DNA of 48,718 nt from Patescibacteria group bacterium (GTDB lineage: Bacteria; Patescibacteriota; SICC01): the NCBI GenBank assembly GCA_040900285.1, contig JBBDZG010000002.1:1-48718 (forward strand), given 5' to 3'. Shown in pieces: positions 7,273 to 15,518 of the stretch (position 1 is the stretch's first letter; the number at the start of each line of letters is the position of its first letter). The notes below the pieces were generated by a model. That model was not told the origin of the DNA, did not search any database, and worked only from the letters and a program-made list of their open reading frames with translations. The translations under genes were made by a program, and so were the position numbers.

Positions 7273-8382
7273 TCAGCCCGCCGGCTTGAACCCGAGCAAC
7301 TCCGCCCGCCGCAGGTACTCGGCCGCCCTCGAATCATTGCCCTCGGCTTTCTCCAGCTTCGACTTGAGATACCACGAGTATCCGAAGCTTGAGTCGAGAT
7401 CGAGGGAGATGTCGAAGGCGCGGCGCGCGCCGTCGTAGTTCCCGTAGTACAGGTCCGCCGCTCCTCGGAGGTTCCAGGCGTCGCGATAATCCGGCTGCTG
7501 CTCGCTGGCCGTCGTGCCGATTCGCAGCGCCGCCGCCCGTTCGTCCAATTCGAACAGGAGACTTCCCCGCATGACCCGGCGGCTGAAGCCCCTTTCCGCC
7601 AAAGCCATGTTCCGAAGGCTCCCAGCGATCTTCTCCCGGGCGGTTCCGGGTACGGCCGTCAGCTTGTTCAGGAACGCAGCCACGGCGGGGTCGGGATGGA
7701 TGACCCGGGGGACGTCGGTCCGCAGCGCGCGCAGTTCCTGGGCGGTCCGGTCGGGGTCGCCAACCGATTCGGCGAGGATGAACGGGTACGCCCCGACGAT
7801 GGTCCGCGCGCCTTCGCTCAGCCGCTTGGCGGTGCCGAAGTCGGCGGCGTCGATCGCGGCGTGCGACAGGCCGAGCCTGACGACGGTATCGTCCGGCTCG
7901 CCGAGTTCGTCGCGGGCGGATTCGTATGCTTTCACGTCGACCTGTGCCCCGGCAGCGGCCCCGCCGAGCGCGCCGAACGGTCCCTCGGCCGCCGCGAAGT
8001 GTCCCAGTGCCCGCCGGTAATCCCCGCGGACGTAGGCCAGCGACCCGAGCGACAACGCCCGGTCCGGCTCGGGCGAAATCGCGTAGGCCAACCGGGCCTG
8101 CTGGTAACTGCCGTCCACGTCCTGCCGTGCCAACAGCGCCCGGGACTCGGCGTCGTACGCCTGCGCCTTGTCCGCCCGCCAGCCGGCGGTCGCGAACCAC
8201 GTGACCACGCCGATTGTCGCGAGCAAGCCGGCTACGGCCGCCAGCACCGCGGCTGCCTTGCCGATTCGCCGGATGCCGGGACGGAGCCGCCGCCGGATGA
8301 GCGACTCAGGACGCTTCCGCTTCGGCGAGCCGGGCTTCCGCTTCGGCGACGACGTGCTCTGGTGCATTCTCAAAATACTCAT
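7273..8382 (-). CDS. Membrane-anchored TPR repeat protein
   Basis: I chose the ATG at 8382 (MSILRMHQSTSSPKRKP...) by homology to the N-terminus of the neighbouring gene and to avoid overlap. The longest ORF reaches 8442. It has a basic N-region, one TM helix (AAAVLAAVAGLLATIGVVTWFA) and TPR-like repeats (YRRALGHF, YDGARRAFDISLDLD, AAEYLRRAELLG). Confidence 0.75.
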   Translation of the reverse strand: MSILRMHQSTSSPKRKPGSPKRKRPESLIRRRLRPGIRRIGKAAAVLAAVAGLLATIGVVTWFATAGWRADKAQAYDAESRALLARQDVDGSYQQARLAYAISPEPDRALSLGSLAYVRGDYRRALGHFAAAEGPFGALGGAAAGAQVDVKAYESARDELGEPDDTVVRLGLSHAAIDAADFGTAKRLSEGARTIVGAYPFILAESVGDPDRTAQELRALRTDVPRVIHPDPAVAAFLNKLTAVPGTAREKIAGSLRNMALAERGFSRRVMRGSLLFELDERAAALRIGTTASEQQPDYRDAWNLRGAADLYYGNYDGARRAFDISLDLDSSFGYSWYLKSKLEKAEGNDSRAAEYLRRAELLGFKPAG

Positions 8383-8389
8383 TGTTTGG
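8171..8389. repeat. Copy A of a dispersed ~200-bp duplication (signal-anchor module plus fossil valS 3' tail)
   Basis: It aligns by eye with 9597-9793. Long shared blocks include tccgcccgccag, gcgagcaagccggctacggcc, ggcgacgacgtgctc and tcaggacgcttc. There is one 42-nt and one 21-nt in-frame indel. Confidence 0.8.
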
Positions 8390-9781
8390 TTACGGGTGCC
8401 CCCGATATTGCGTCTTGAACGTGGTGAAGTGTGGATAGTCACCGTACATCCAAACTACGCTAAGACCAGCCTTGTGGTTCCTCGGGACGACCGGCCGGAC
8501 ATTCCGACGAGTGGCGCCGGGAGTCAACGAAACCGAACTCCAGGTTCCGTCAAACTCCCACCTCTCGATTTCCCAGGCCTCTTCTTCGGTCTGTTTTGAC
8601 AAGTACACGACGTCGGTGTCGGAGTGGTCGAGTACGACACCTCCCGAATACCACGGTTCGTTGCCAGCCTTGCCAGCGAACCCCTTACCTCCAGCAACCA
8701 GTTCGGTATCGACCCACCGCGACCCGTCCCACTTGGCGTAGTGATAGCGGTGATCGTCCCGGTTAGGGAAGTCCGCGTAGGTCACGACCGGCTTTCCGCC
8801 GGAGCCCAGGGCGATGTCCCAGACCCAGGACTTGCGCCCGGTCCGCGAGGCGTCATACACCTTGGAGCCGGAGCCGAGTTCGGCCGGCGTGATCGGCGAG
8901 GTCGCCAGCTGGGACGAGGTTTTAATCAGGGTGCCGTTCGACCGATACCAGTTCCCGGCTCGATAGTAAAAATGGTAAATGTTGTTCTCGGACACGTTCA
9001 GCGGGTGCCCGTCCGTGACGGCGAAATGGATCGTGTCGACCCCGTCGGAAGCCACTTTGACGTACGGGCGGAACCGCGACTTAAAGAACTTCCGGGCGCT
9101 GCTCCAGTTGTTCCGGTCGGTAGTCGTGGACAGCGTCGGATCCTGGCCGTGGAATCGCCAGAACAGATAGGTCTTTCCACCATCCTCGCCGGCCAGGTAG
9201 ACCGGGTTCGGATAGGTATAGCCGTAGCTGCCGGTGCCCTGCGGCGCTCCGAACGGCAGCGACTTCTCGGGACCCCAGGACGATACGTCGCCGGGGTTCG
9301 TCGTAGTGCGGTAGTAGAGCTTGGACCCGCCGTGGGCCGAATACCAGGCCGTGATCCGTCCGTCCGGCGTCAGCTCCAGGGACGGTACGGCGTGGTCGTC
9401 GACCTGCAGCTGCTGGCGCAAACGGTAATACCGGGTCTGGCCGGTGGCGTGGGCGTAGGTAACCACCCCGACGTCGCCGGCACGGTTGTTGCTAGTCATG
9501 ATGGTCTGCCCGTTCGTGTAGATCGCGCGCGGGTCTTGAAACCAACACCAAGCGGCGTCGGAGCTGAGGAGCACACTTTTCGATTTACTAAGAACATCCG
9601 CCCGCCAGTCGACGGTGGCGAACCAGGTGCCTGCGCCGATCGCCGCGAGCAAGCCGGCTACGGCCACCAGAACCGCAACCGCCTTCGCCTCAGGACGCTT
9701 CGAGTTTCGCGAGGGCCGCCTCGGCTTCGGCGAGTTTGGCTTTCGTCTCGGCGACGACGTGCTCCGGCGCATTCTCGACAT
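8390..9781 (-). CDS. Membrane-anchored beta-propeller protein (BNR/sialidase-like fold, family uncertain)
   Basis: 463 aa with a basic N-region and one TM helix (AVAVLVAVAGLLAAIGAGTWFA). The rest is a W/Y/G-rich repetitive beta domain with BNR-like stretches (EDGGKTYLFW, VASDGVDTIHF). The family call rests on resemblance only. The 5' 92 nt overlap the valS 3' end. Confidence 0.6.
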   Translation of the reverse strand: MSRMRRSTSSPRRKPNSPKPRRPSRNSKRPEAKAVAVLVAVAGLLAAIGAGTWFATVDWRADVLSKSKSVLLSSDAAWCWFQDPRAIYTNGQTIMTSNNRAGDVGVVTYAHATGQTRYYRLRQQLQVDDHAVPSLELTPDGRITAWYSAHGGSKLYYRTTTNPGDVSSWGPEKSLPFGAPQGTGSYGYTYPNPVYLAGEDGGKTYLFWRFHGQDPTLSTTTDRNNWSSARKFFKSRFRPYVKVASDGVDTIHFAVTDGHPLNVSENNIYHFYYRAGNWYRSNGTLIKTSSQLATSPITPAELGSGSKVYDASRTGRKSWVWDIALGSGGKPVVTYADFPNRDDHRYHYAKWDGSRWVDTELVAGGKGFAGKAGNEPWYSGGVVLDHSDTDVVYLSKQTEEEAWEIERWEFDGTWSSVSLTPGATRRNVRPVVPRNHKAGLSVVWMYGDYPHFTTFKTQYRGHP

Positions 9782-9793
9782 ACTCCTTGTTTG
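9597..9793. repeat. Copy B of the dispersed duplication (live valS 3' end plus 5' end of the downstream gene)
   Basis: See copy A. This copy contains the functional valS stop at 9690-9692 and the ATG at 9781 of the beta-propeller gene. Confidence 0.8.
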
Positions 9794-12374
9794 CGAGCCG
9801 CCCCTTGAGCCGCTCTATCTCCATTCTCTTGGCTTCGATTTCCCGCTGCAAATGCCCGGCGGCCGTGTCGCTGGCGAGTCCGGCCAGAGGAACCACCACG
9901 GTAGCGTCGCCGACCGCCGCGGACGCGACGTCGCCCCGCGGCGGATGCTGGCCGACCCGCAGCATCGACAGCCGGGCGAGCTTGTTGATCACGTCGCCGG
10001 CCTCGACTATCCAGGCCGGCTCGTCGGTCACAATATACGCCTGGACGAATGACGCAGCCGGCGTCTTGTGTTCGGCCCGGATCCGGCGGATCGTCTCGAT
10101 CACCTCACGGATGCGATCGAACCGCTCGCCGTCCTCGGGCTGGTCGAGATCCTCGTGCACCGCCGGCCAGGCGCCGGTGATCAGCGGATCCTTCCGGCCG
10201 AGACCGTCCCGCCAGATCACCTCGGTGACGAACGGCATCAGCGGGTGAAGCAGATGCAGTGCCGTTTCCAGCACGTGCTTCAGGATGATCCCGGTGTTCC
10301 GGGCCGTCTCGGCATTGCGCAATTGGACCTTGGCCGCCTCCAGGTACCAATCCGCGAAGTCGGACCAGACGAACTGGTACAGGGCGTTCCCGGCGTGGGC
10401 CAGGTCGTACGTCCGCGGACGACGAACCTCGGCCGGCCGCGGTTCGATGCCCGGCTTGTCGTAGGCTGCCGGGTCGTGGAACGACCGTTCGACTTCCTGA
10501 TTCAACCGATACAGCTTATACAGGATTCCGCGGTCGAACGTCGTTAGCGTCTCGGCTTGCAGATCGTCGAGACCGGCTTCCCCCTCCACGGCATTGATCA
10601 CGAACCGGCTGATGTTCCAGATCTTGTTGGCGAAGTTCCGGGACTTCACCACGCGCTGTTCGTCGAAGTTGACGTCGGCACCCGGCGCGTTCGAAGTCGC
10701 CAACGTGAAACGGAGGGCGTCCGTTCCGTACTTGCCGATCATCTCGAGCGGATCGACGCCGTTGCCGAGCGACTTCGAGAACTTCCGTCCGCGGCCGTCG
10801 CGGACTATGCCGTTCAGATAGACGGTGTGGAAGGGCGGATCGACCCGGCCGGTGGCCGGATTCTTCACTTCCAGCGCCGCCGTCATCAAGCACATCCGCA
10901 CCACCCAGGAAAGGATGATGTCGTAGCCGGTTTCCAGCACGTCGTTCGGGAAGAAATGTTTGAAATCGGCGGTCTGCTTCGGCCAACCCATCGTCGAGAA
11001 CGGCCAGAGCGCCGAGCTGAACCAGGTGTCGAGCGTATCGGGACTCTTCTTGAACCCGGGCTTGGCCGTGAGGGACGTCTCACCCTTGCCGTTCACGTAC
11101 GCCGGCAAGGGGTGTCCGAACCAGATTTGGCGCGAGATGCACCAATCGTGCAGTTGCTCCAGCCACATCCGGTACGTCTTCTCGAACCGGGCCGGAGCGA
11201 ATTTGAGCCGTCCGTCATCCACGAATGCCAGGGCGGTCTTGGCGATCTTCGTCATCCGGACGAACCACTGGGTAGAGACTCGCGGCTCGATTACCGCGTC
11301 GCAGCGTTCACAGCGCCCGACCGAGTGCTTGATGACTTCCTCTTTTACCAACAGCTTTTTCTGCTTGAGCCAATCGACCGTCTTCTTGCGCGCCTCGAAC
11401 CGGTCGAGGCCGGCGAGCCGCTTGCCAGCCGCTTCGGTCATCCGTCCGTCCTCGCCGATCACCTCCAATTGGTCGAGCTGGTGCCGAAGGCCGATCTCGT
11501 AATCGTTCGGATCGTGGAACGGCGTGACCTTCACCGCGCCGGTCCCGAACTCCGGGTCGACCGCTTCGTCCGCGACGACCTTGATTTGATGGGTGCCGTT
11601 GATCATCTCGACGTCGATCGTCTGGCCGACCCACTTCGCGTAGCGTTTGTCCTTCGGATGCACGGCCACTCCGGTATCGCCGACCTTGGTCTCCGGCCGG
11701 GTAGTGGCCAGGGTGAACGGCCCGTACTTCAGGTAATACAGCACGCCTTCCTGCTCCTTGTGGACGACCTGTTCCTCGGAAAGCACGGTCCGGTCGTGGG
11801 GGCACCAGTTGACCATGTAGCTGCCACGATAAATCAGGTCCTGCTTGTAGAGTCGCTTGAAGGCTTCCTGGACCGACTGCTCCCGGGCTTTGTCCATCGT
11901 GAACGCGTTCCGGCTCCAGTCGACCGAAGCGCCCATCGCCCGGGTCTGGTCCTCGATGATGTGCTTGTGGTCCTTGGCCCACTGCTTGGCGCGGCGGACG
12001 AACGCGGCCTTACCGAGTTCGCGCTTGTCCTTGCCTTCTTCGCGCAGCGCCTGCTCGACCTTGATCTCCGTGGCGATGGCAGCATGGTCGGTGCCCGGTA
12101 GCCAGAGCGTGTCGAACCCTTTCATCCGGTGGTACCGGACCAAAGCGTCCTCAAGCGTGATCATCAGCGAATGGCCGACGTGCAGGACGCCGGTCACGTT
12201 CGGCGGCGGCAGGATGATCGTGTAGGCTTTCCGCTCCTTGCGGAGCTTCGGCTTCGTGTCGGATACCGGCTTGAACGCACCGGACTTTTCCCAGGCCGCG
12301 TAGACCGCGCCCTCGTAGGCGGCGGGGTCGTACGTCTTGGGGAGTTCCTTCGGCTGGTCCTTTTTCGGGCTCAC
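9690..12374 (-). CDS. valS: Valine--tRNA ligase
   Basis: It has the HIGH motif (PNVTGVLHVGH), the KMSKS motif (KFSKSLGN), an editing domain and a C-terminal coiled coil. There is no ATG at the 5' end. I prefer the GTG at 12374 (MSPKKDQPKELPKTYDP), which sits 6 nt after TATCAT. The longest ORF begins at a TTG at 12401. Confidence 0.9.
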   Translation of the reverse strand: MSPKKDQPKELPKTYDPAAYEGAVYAAWEKSGAFKPVSDTKPKLRKERKAYTIILPPPNVTGVLHVGHSLMITLEDALVRYHRMKGFDTLWLPGTDHAAIATEIKVEQALREEGKDKRELGKAAFVRRAKQWAKDHKHIIEDQTRAMGASVDWSRNAFTMDKAREQSVQEAFKRLYKQDLIYRGSYMVNWCPHDRTVLSEEQVVHKEQEGVLYYLKYGPFTLATTRPETKVGDTGVAVHPKDKRYAKWVGQTIDVEMINGTHQIKVVADEAVDPEFGTGAVKVTPFHDPNDYEIGLRHQLDQLEVIGEDGRMTEAAGKRLAGLDRFEARKKTVDWLKQKKLLVKEEVIKHSVGRCERCDAVIEPRVSTQWFVRMTKIAKTALAFVDDGRLKFAPARFEKTYRMWLEQLHDWCISRQIWFGHPLPAYVNGKGETSLTAKPGFKKSPDTLDTWFSSALWPFSTMGWPKQTADFKHFFPNDVLETGYDIILSWVVRMCLMTAALEVKNPATGRVDPPFHTVYLNGIVRDGRGRKFSKSLGNGVDPLEMIGKYGTDALRFTLATSNAPGADVNFDEQRVVKSRNFANKIWNISRFVINAVEGEAGLDDLQAETLTTFDRGILYKLYRLNQEVERSFHDPAAYDKPGIEPRPAEVRRPRTYDLAHAGNALYQFVWSDFADWYLEAAKVQLRNAETARNTGIILKHVLETALHLLHPLMPFVTEVIWRDGLGRKDPLITGAWPAVHEDLDQPEDGERFDRIREVIETIRRIRAEHKTPAASFVQAYIVTDEPAWIVEAGDVINKLARLSMLRVGQHPPRGDVASAAVGDATVVVPLAGLASDTAAGHLQREIEAKRMEIERLKGRLANKEYVENAPEHVVAETKAKLAEAEAALAKLEAS

Positions 12375-12431
12375 GTGTCCATGATAACGTTCCGGCACCA
12401 ATCAAGCGCCAGCTGCCTGTATCATTAACGG

Positions 12432-14495
12432 GTGCCGAAACGAACGTCGAAGAAGCGTTACTCACTTGATCAGCTCGTCGCCTACGCGATACTGACGTTT
12501 ATCGGCGTGGCGATGGTGACGACGGTGTGGCCGTCGCTGAACGCGGACGGCTATCTGGCGGCGTGGGACGCCGGCGGACATCTGCTCAAGGCGGAGTACT
12601 TCGCCCAGGAGCTACTCCCGCAGGGCCGGCTCGACGGCTGGTTCCCGCCCTGGCACGGCGGCTTCGGGTTGTTCCAATACTATCCGCCGCTGCTGTACTA
12701 CCTGCTCGGCCCGCTGACGTATTTCTTCCAGCCGGAGCTGGCGCTCCGGTTGTTCACGGCGGCGCTGTGGATCGGTCTGCTCCCGGCCACCTACTACTTG
12801 TTGCGAAGCTTCTCGCTGTCCCGGGCGTCCGCCGCGCTGGGCAGCGGGCTGCTGCTCTCGTTGAACGCCTCGTTCGGCGTCGGACTCGGGGCGCTGTACG
12901 GCGTTGGCCTGCTGCCGAACGGCCTCGGGTTCGTCCTGGCGATCTGGGCGCTGGGACGGCTCAAGCGCGACCTGTTCGATCGCCGCGGCACGTCCGACGT
13001 CCTGCTGACCGGCGTCGTGTTCGGCCTGCTGGTCCTGGCGCACACGTTCTCGGCGTACTGGTTCCTGTTGGCGTCGGCGGTGCTGGTCGTCTGCGCCGTC
13101 TGGGGCAAACGCCGGAAGGACGTCATCGCGAGCCTCAAGCGGTACGGCCTGACGTTGGCCGTCGGCCTGACCCTCTCCGCGTATTGGTGGCTTCCGCTCC
13201 TCGGTACGCTCGACGGCATGGGCGCCACCGGCGCGATCCAGCAGCAGCCGTCGGGTGAGATCCTCAAAGGACTGGTCCTGTCCCGGGATTCCGGCGGCTG
13301 GCCGCTGACCGTCCTGGCCGCGGGCGGCCTGGCCTATCTGGGATTCCGACGCCGGTTCCGGGAGCTGGGGTTTTTCGCGGCTACCGGCGTCCTGACGCTG
13401 CTCCTGTCCGTCAACGCGATCAACGCGCTGCTCCCGTTCGGCGGCGTCATCGGTTCGAGCCAATTCATCCGGTTCCACGCGTTCTTCGCCTTGCTGATGA
13501 TGGTGCTCGGCGCGATCGGGCTGTCCGGGATGTGGTACGCTGCCGCCAGGATGCCGCGGCCGTACCGCCCGGTAGGCATCGCGGCTGCCGTATCCGCCGT
13601 CGCGCTGCTCTTCAACTTCGTCGTGCTGCCGACCATGCACGAGAAATCCGGGTTTATCCGGGTCGTCGACAACGAGCCGACGGCGGAGTTGGGAGCACTG
13701 TCCCGGCAACTGGAGGACCGTCTCCGGCCGGGGGAGTTCATCCTGTCGGAGTTCAACTGGGAATCGCGGTTCTTCCTCGGCTCCCCGCACTTCGTGAACC
13801 AGCGGCTTCCCGCCCGGACCTCGGGCGGGTCGTCGCCCGTGTGGGACCTGGACGGCAACTTCCCGGAAGGCACCGAGGGCGCTTCCCGCCCGGTATTGAT
13901 CGCCTCGACCATGGGAGACCGCCTGTTCCTGCATTCACAGGAGGACTATCTCCGGGCCCGCGGCGTCCGGTACGTCGTTGGGACTTTCCCGCTGACCCGC
14001 CCCTCGCTCGACTACCAGGAGTGGCTGCGGCCGGTCTGGAAAGGTCGGATCCTTTCGCTCTACGAGGTCCGGGAGTACGACCGGCCGTTCGGATTGCCGC
14101 CGGCCGCCGGACGGTCCCTGACCGCGGCGACCTTCGAAGACGGGACCTATCGCTTGCGTTTCCGCCGGCCGGTGACGCTGGCGAAGGGGACGGTGCTGGC
14201 CCTCAGCTATCATCCCTGGCTGGTCGTCCGGAACGACGGGACCGGCGAGCGCGGCGACGAGCTCCGGGCCAAGGACTCGGACGACCAGCTGGCGATCGAC
14301 GAGCCGGCGATCACCAGGGAGCTGACCGTTTCCTACGAACCGCCCGGCTGGGTGCGCGGGTCCTGGATCGTGTCGGTGTCGGGGTTGCTGGGCTTGGTGA
14401 TGTTGCTCTCGAAGCGTCGCCGGATCACGGGGTGGCTGCGGGGCCGAGTGCCAACGAAGGGTCGGCGGAAACGCCGAACCGACCGCCGCCGTTGA
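12432..14495 (+). CDS. Polytopic membrane protein, putative GT-C-type glycosyltransferase (ArnT/PMT/YfhO-like; family uncertain)
   Basis: 687 aa with a GTG start. About 12 hydrophobic helices fill the first 400 aa, followed by a soluble domain, a final TM helix and an Arg-rich tail. The architecture is typical of GT-C enzymes, but I could not verify a catalytic motif. Confidence 0.6.
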   Translation: MPKRTSKKRYSLDQLVAYAILTFIGVAMVTTVWPSLNADGYLAAWDAGGHLLKAEYFAQELLPQGRLDGWFPPWHGGFGLFQYYPPLLYYLLGPLTYFFQPELALRLFTAALWIGLLPATYYLLRSFSLSRASAALGSGLLLSLNASFGVGLGALYGVGLLPNGLGFVLAIWALGRLKRDLFDRRGTSDVLLTGVVFGLLVLAHTFSAYWFLLASAVLVVCAVWGKRRKDVIASLKRYGLTLAVGLTLSAYWWLPLLGTLDGMGATGAIQQQPSGEILKGLVLSRDSGGWPLTVLAAGGLAYLGFRRRFRELGFFAATGVLTLLLSVNAINALLPFGGVIGSSQFIRFHAFFALLMMVLGAIGLSGMWYAAARMPRPYRPVGIAAAVSAVALLFNFVVLPTMHEKSGFIRVVDNEPTAELGALSRQLEDRLRPGEFILSEFNWESRFFLGSPHFVNQRLPARTSGGSSPVWDLDGNFPEGTEGASRPVLIASTMGDRLFLHSQEDYLRARGVRYVVGTFPLTRPSLDYQEWLRPVWKGRILSLYEVREYDRPFGLPPAAGRSLTAATFEDGTYRLRFRRPVTLAKGTVLALSYHPWLVVRNDGTGERGDELRAKDSDDQLAIDEPAITRELTVSYEPPGWVRGSWIVSVSGLLGLVMLLSKRRRITGWLRGRVPTKGRRKRRTDRRR

Positions 14496-15468
14496 GCGCT
14501 TCGCTGCGTCGCCAGTACGCGGCGATGCCGATCATCGCCGCGTTGTCGGTGGCGAACTCGGGAGGCGTCAGCCGGACCGGCACGCCCAGCTTTCGTGACA
14601 GCGAAGCCCGGAGCCGCCGGTTGGCCGCGACCCCGCCGCCGAGCAGGACCGCCGAGGGCTTGGTCGCCCGTACGGTGCGGGCCGCCTTGGTGACCAAGGC
14701 GTCGACCGCCGCCGCTTCGAACGAAGCGCAGACGTCGGCGAGTTCCCGCTTCGGCAACTTCTGGTCCCCGGCGATCCGATCGCGGATGGCTTGTCGGACA
14801 GCGGTCTTCAGTCCGGAAAACGACACGTCGAAGTTGTCCTGGTCGAGCATCGCGCGCGGGAATTCATATGCGGACGGGTCACCGCCGCGCGCCAGCTTCG
14901 AGATTTCCGGCCCGGCCGGATACGGCAGGCCGAGGAGCTTCCCGACTTTGTCGAACGCTTCCCCGGCCGCGTCGTCGCGGGTCGAGCCGACCAGCTCGAA
15001 GTCGTGGTGGCCGCGCATCAGCACGAACTCGGTGTGGCCGCCCGAGACGACCAGGCCTAAGTAGGGGAATGCGAACGCCGTCACGTCGGCAAGACACGCG
15101 TACAGGTGCCCCGCCAGGTGGTTCACGGGGATTAACGGCTTGTCCTTCGCCAATGCCAGGGCCTTGGCCGTCTCGAGCCCCACGATCAACGAACCCGCCA
15201 GGCCCGGTCCCTGCGTGACGGCGATCGCGTCGATGCCTGTTCCGTCGCCCGTCCCGCCCCAATCCGTTCCTGCATCGGCCAACGCTTTCTCGACGACCGG
15301 GACGATCGTCTCCAGCTGCAACCGTGCCGCGACTTCCGGCACCACGCCGCCGGTGGCCCGGTGCACGTCGATCTGTGAACTGATGACGTTGGACCGCACG
15401 TCGCATCCGTCGGCCACCACCGCGGCCGCGGTCTCGTCGCACGAACTCTCGATGGCGAGGATGTTCAT
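14425..15468 (-). CDS. tsaD: tRNA N6-adenosine threonylcarbamoyltransferase
   Basis: It has the N-terminus MNILAIESSCDETAAAVV, the metal-binding motif HLAGHL and GPGLAGSLIVG, and its length is typical for Kae1/TsaD. Confidence 0.9.
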   Translation of the reverse strand: MNILAIESSCDETAAAVVADGCDVRSNVISSQIDVHRATGGVVPEVAARLQLETIVPVVEKALADAGTDWGGTGDGTGIDAIAVTQGPGLAGSLIVGLETAKALALAKDKPLIPVNHLAGHLYACLADVTAFAFPYLGLVVSGGHTEFVLMRGHHDFELVGSTRDDAAGEAFDKVGKLLGLPYPAGPEISKLARGGDPSAYEFPRAMLDQDNFDVSFSGLKTAVRQAIRDRIAGDQKLPKRELADVCASFEAAAVDALVTKAARTVRATKPSAVLLGGGVAANRRLRASLSRKLGVPVRLTPPEFATDNAAMIGIAAYWRRSEALNGGGRFGVSADPSLALGPAATP

Positions 15469-15518
15469 ACCCCCAGTCTACTGTAGGCCTCGGCGCGCAC
15501 GGGGTAAGCTGTATTGGT

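Noticed and set aside
8430-8438. DnaA-box-like TGTGGATAG
   Set aside because: It is a single 8/9 match inside a coding region. There is no cluster of boxes, no AT-rich unwinding element and no dnaA/dnaN nearby, so it is not an origin.
12402-12431. Possible T-box or other riboswitch leader for valS
   Set aside because: Only about 30-57 nt separate valS from the divergent gene, far too short for a T-box. I saw no specifier or antiterminator features.
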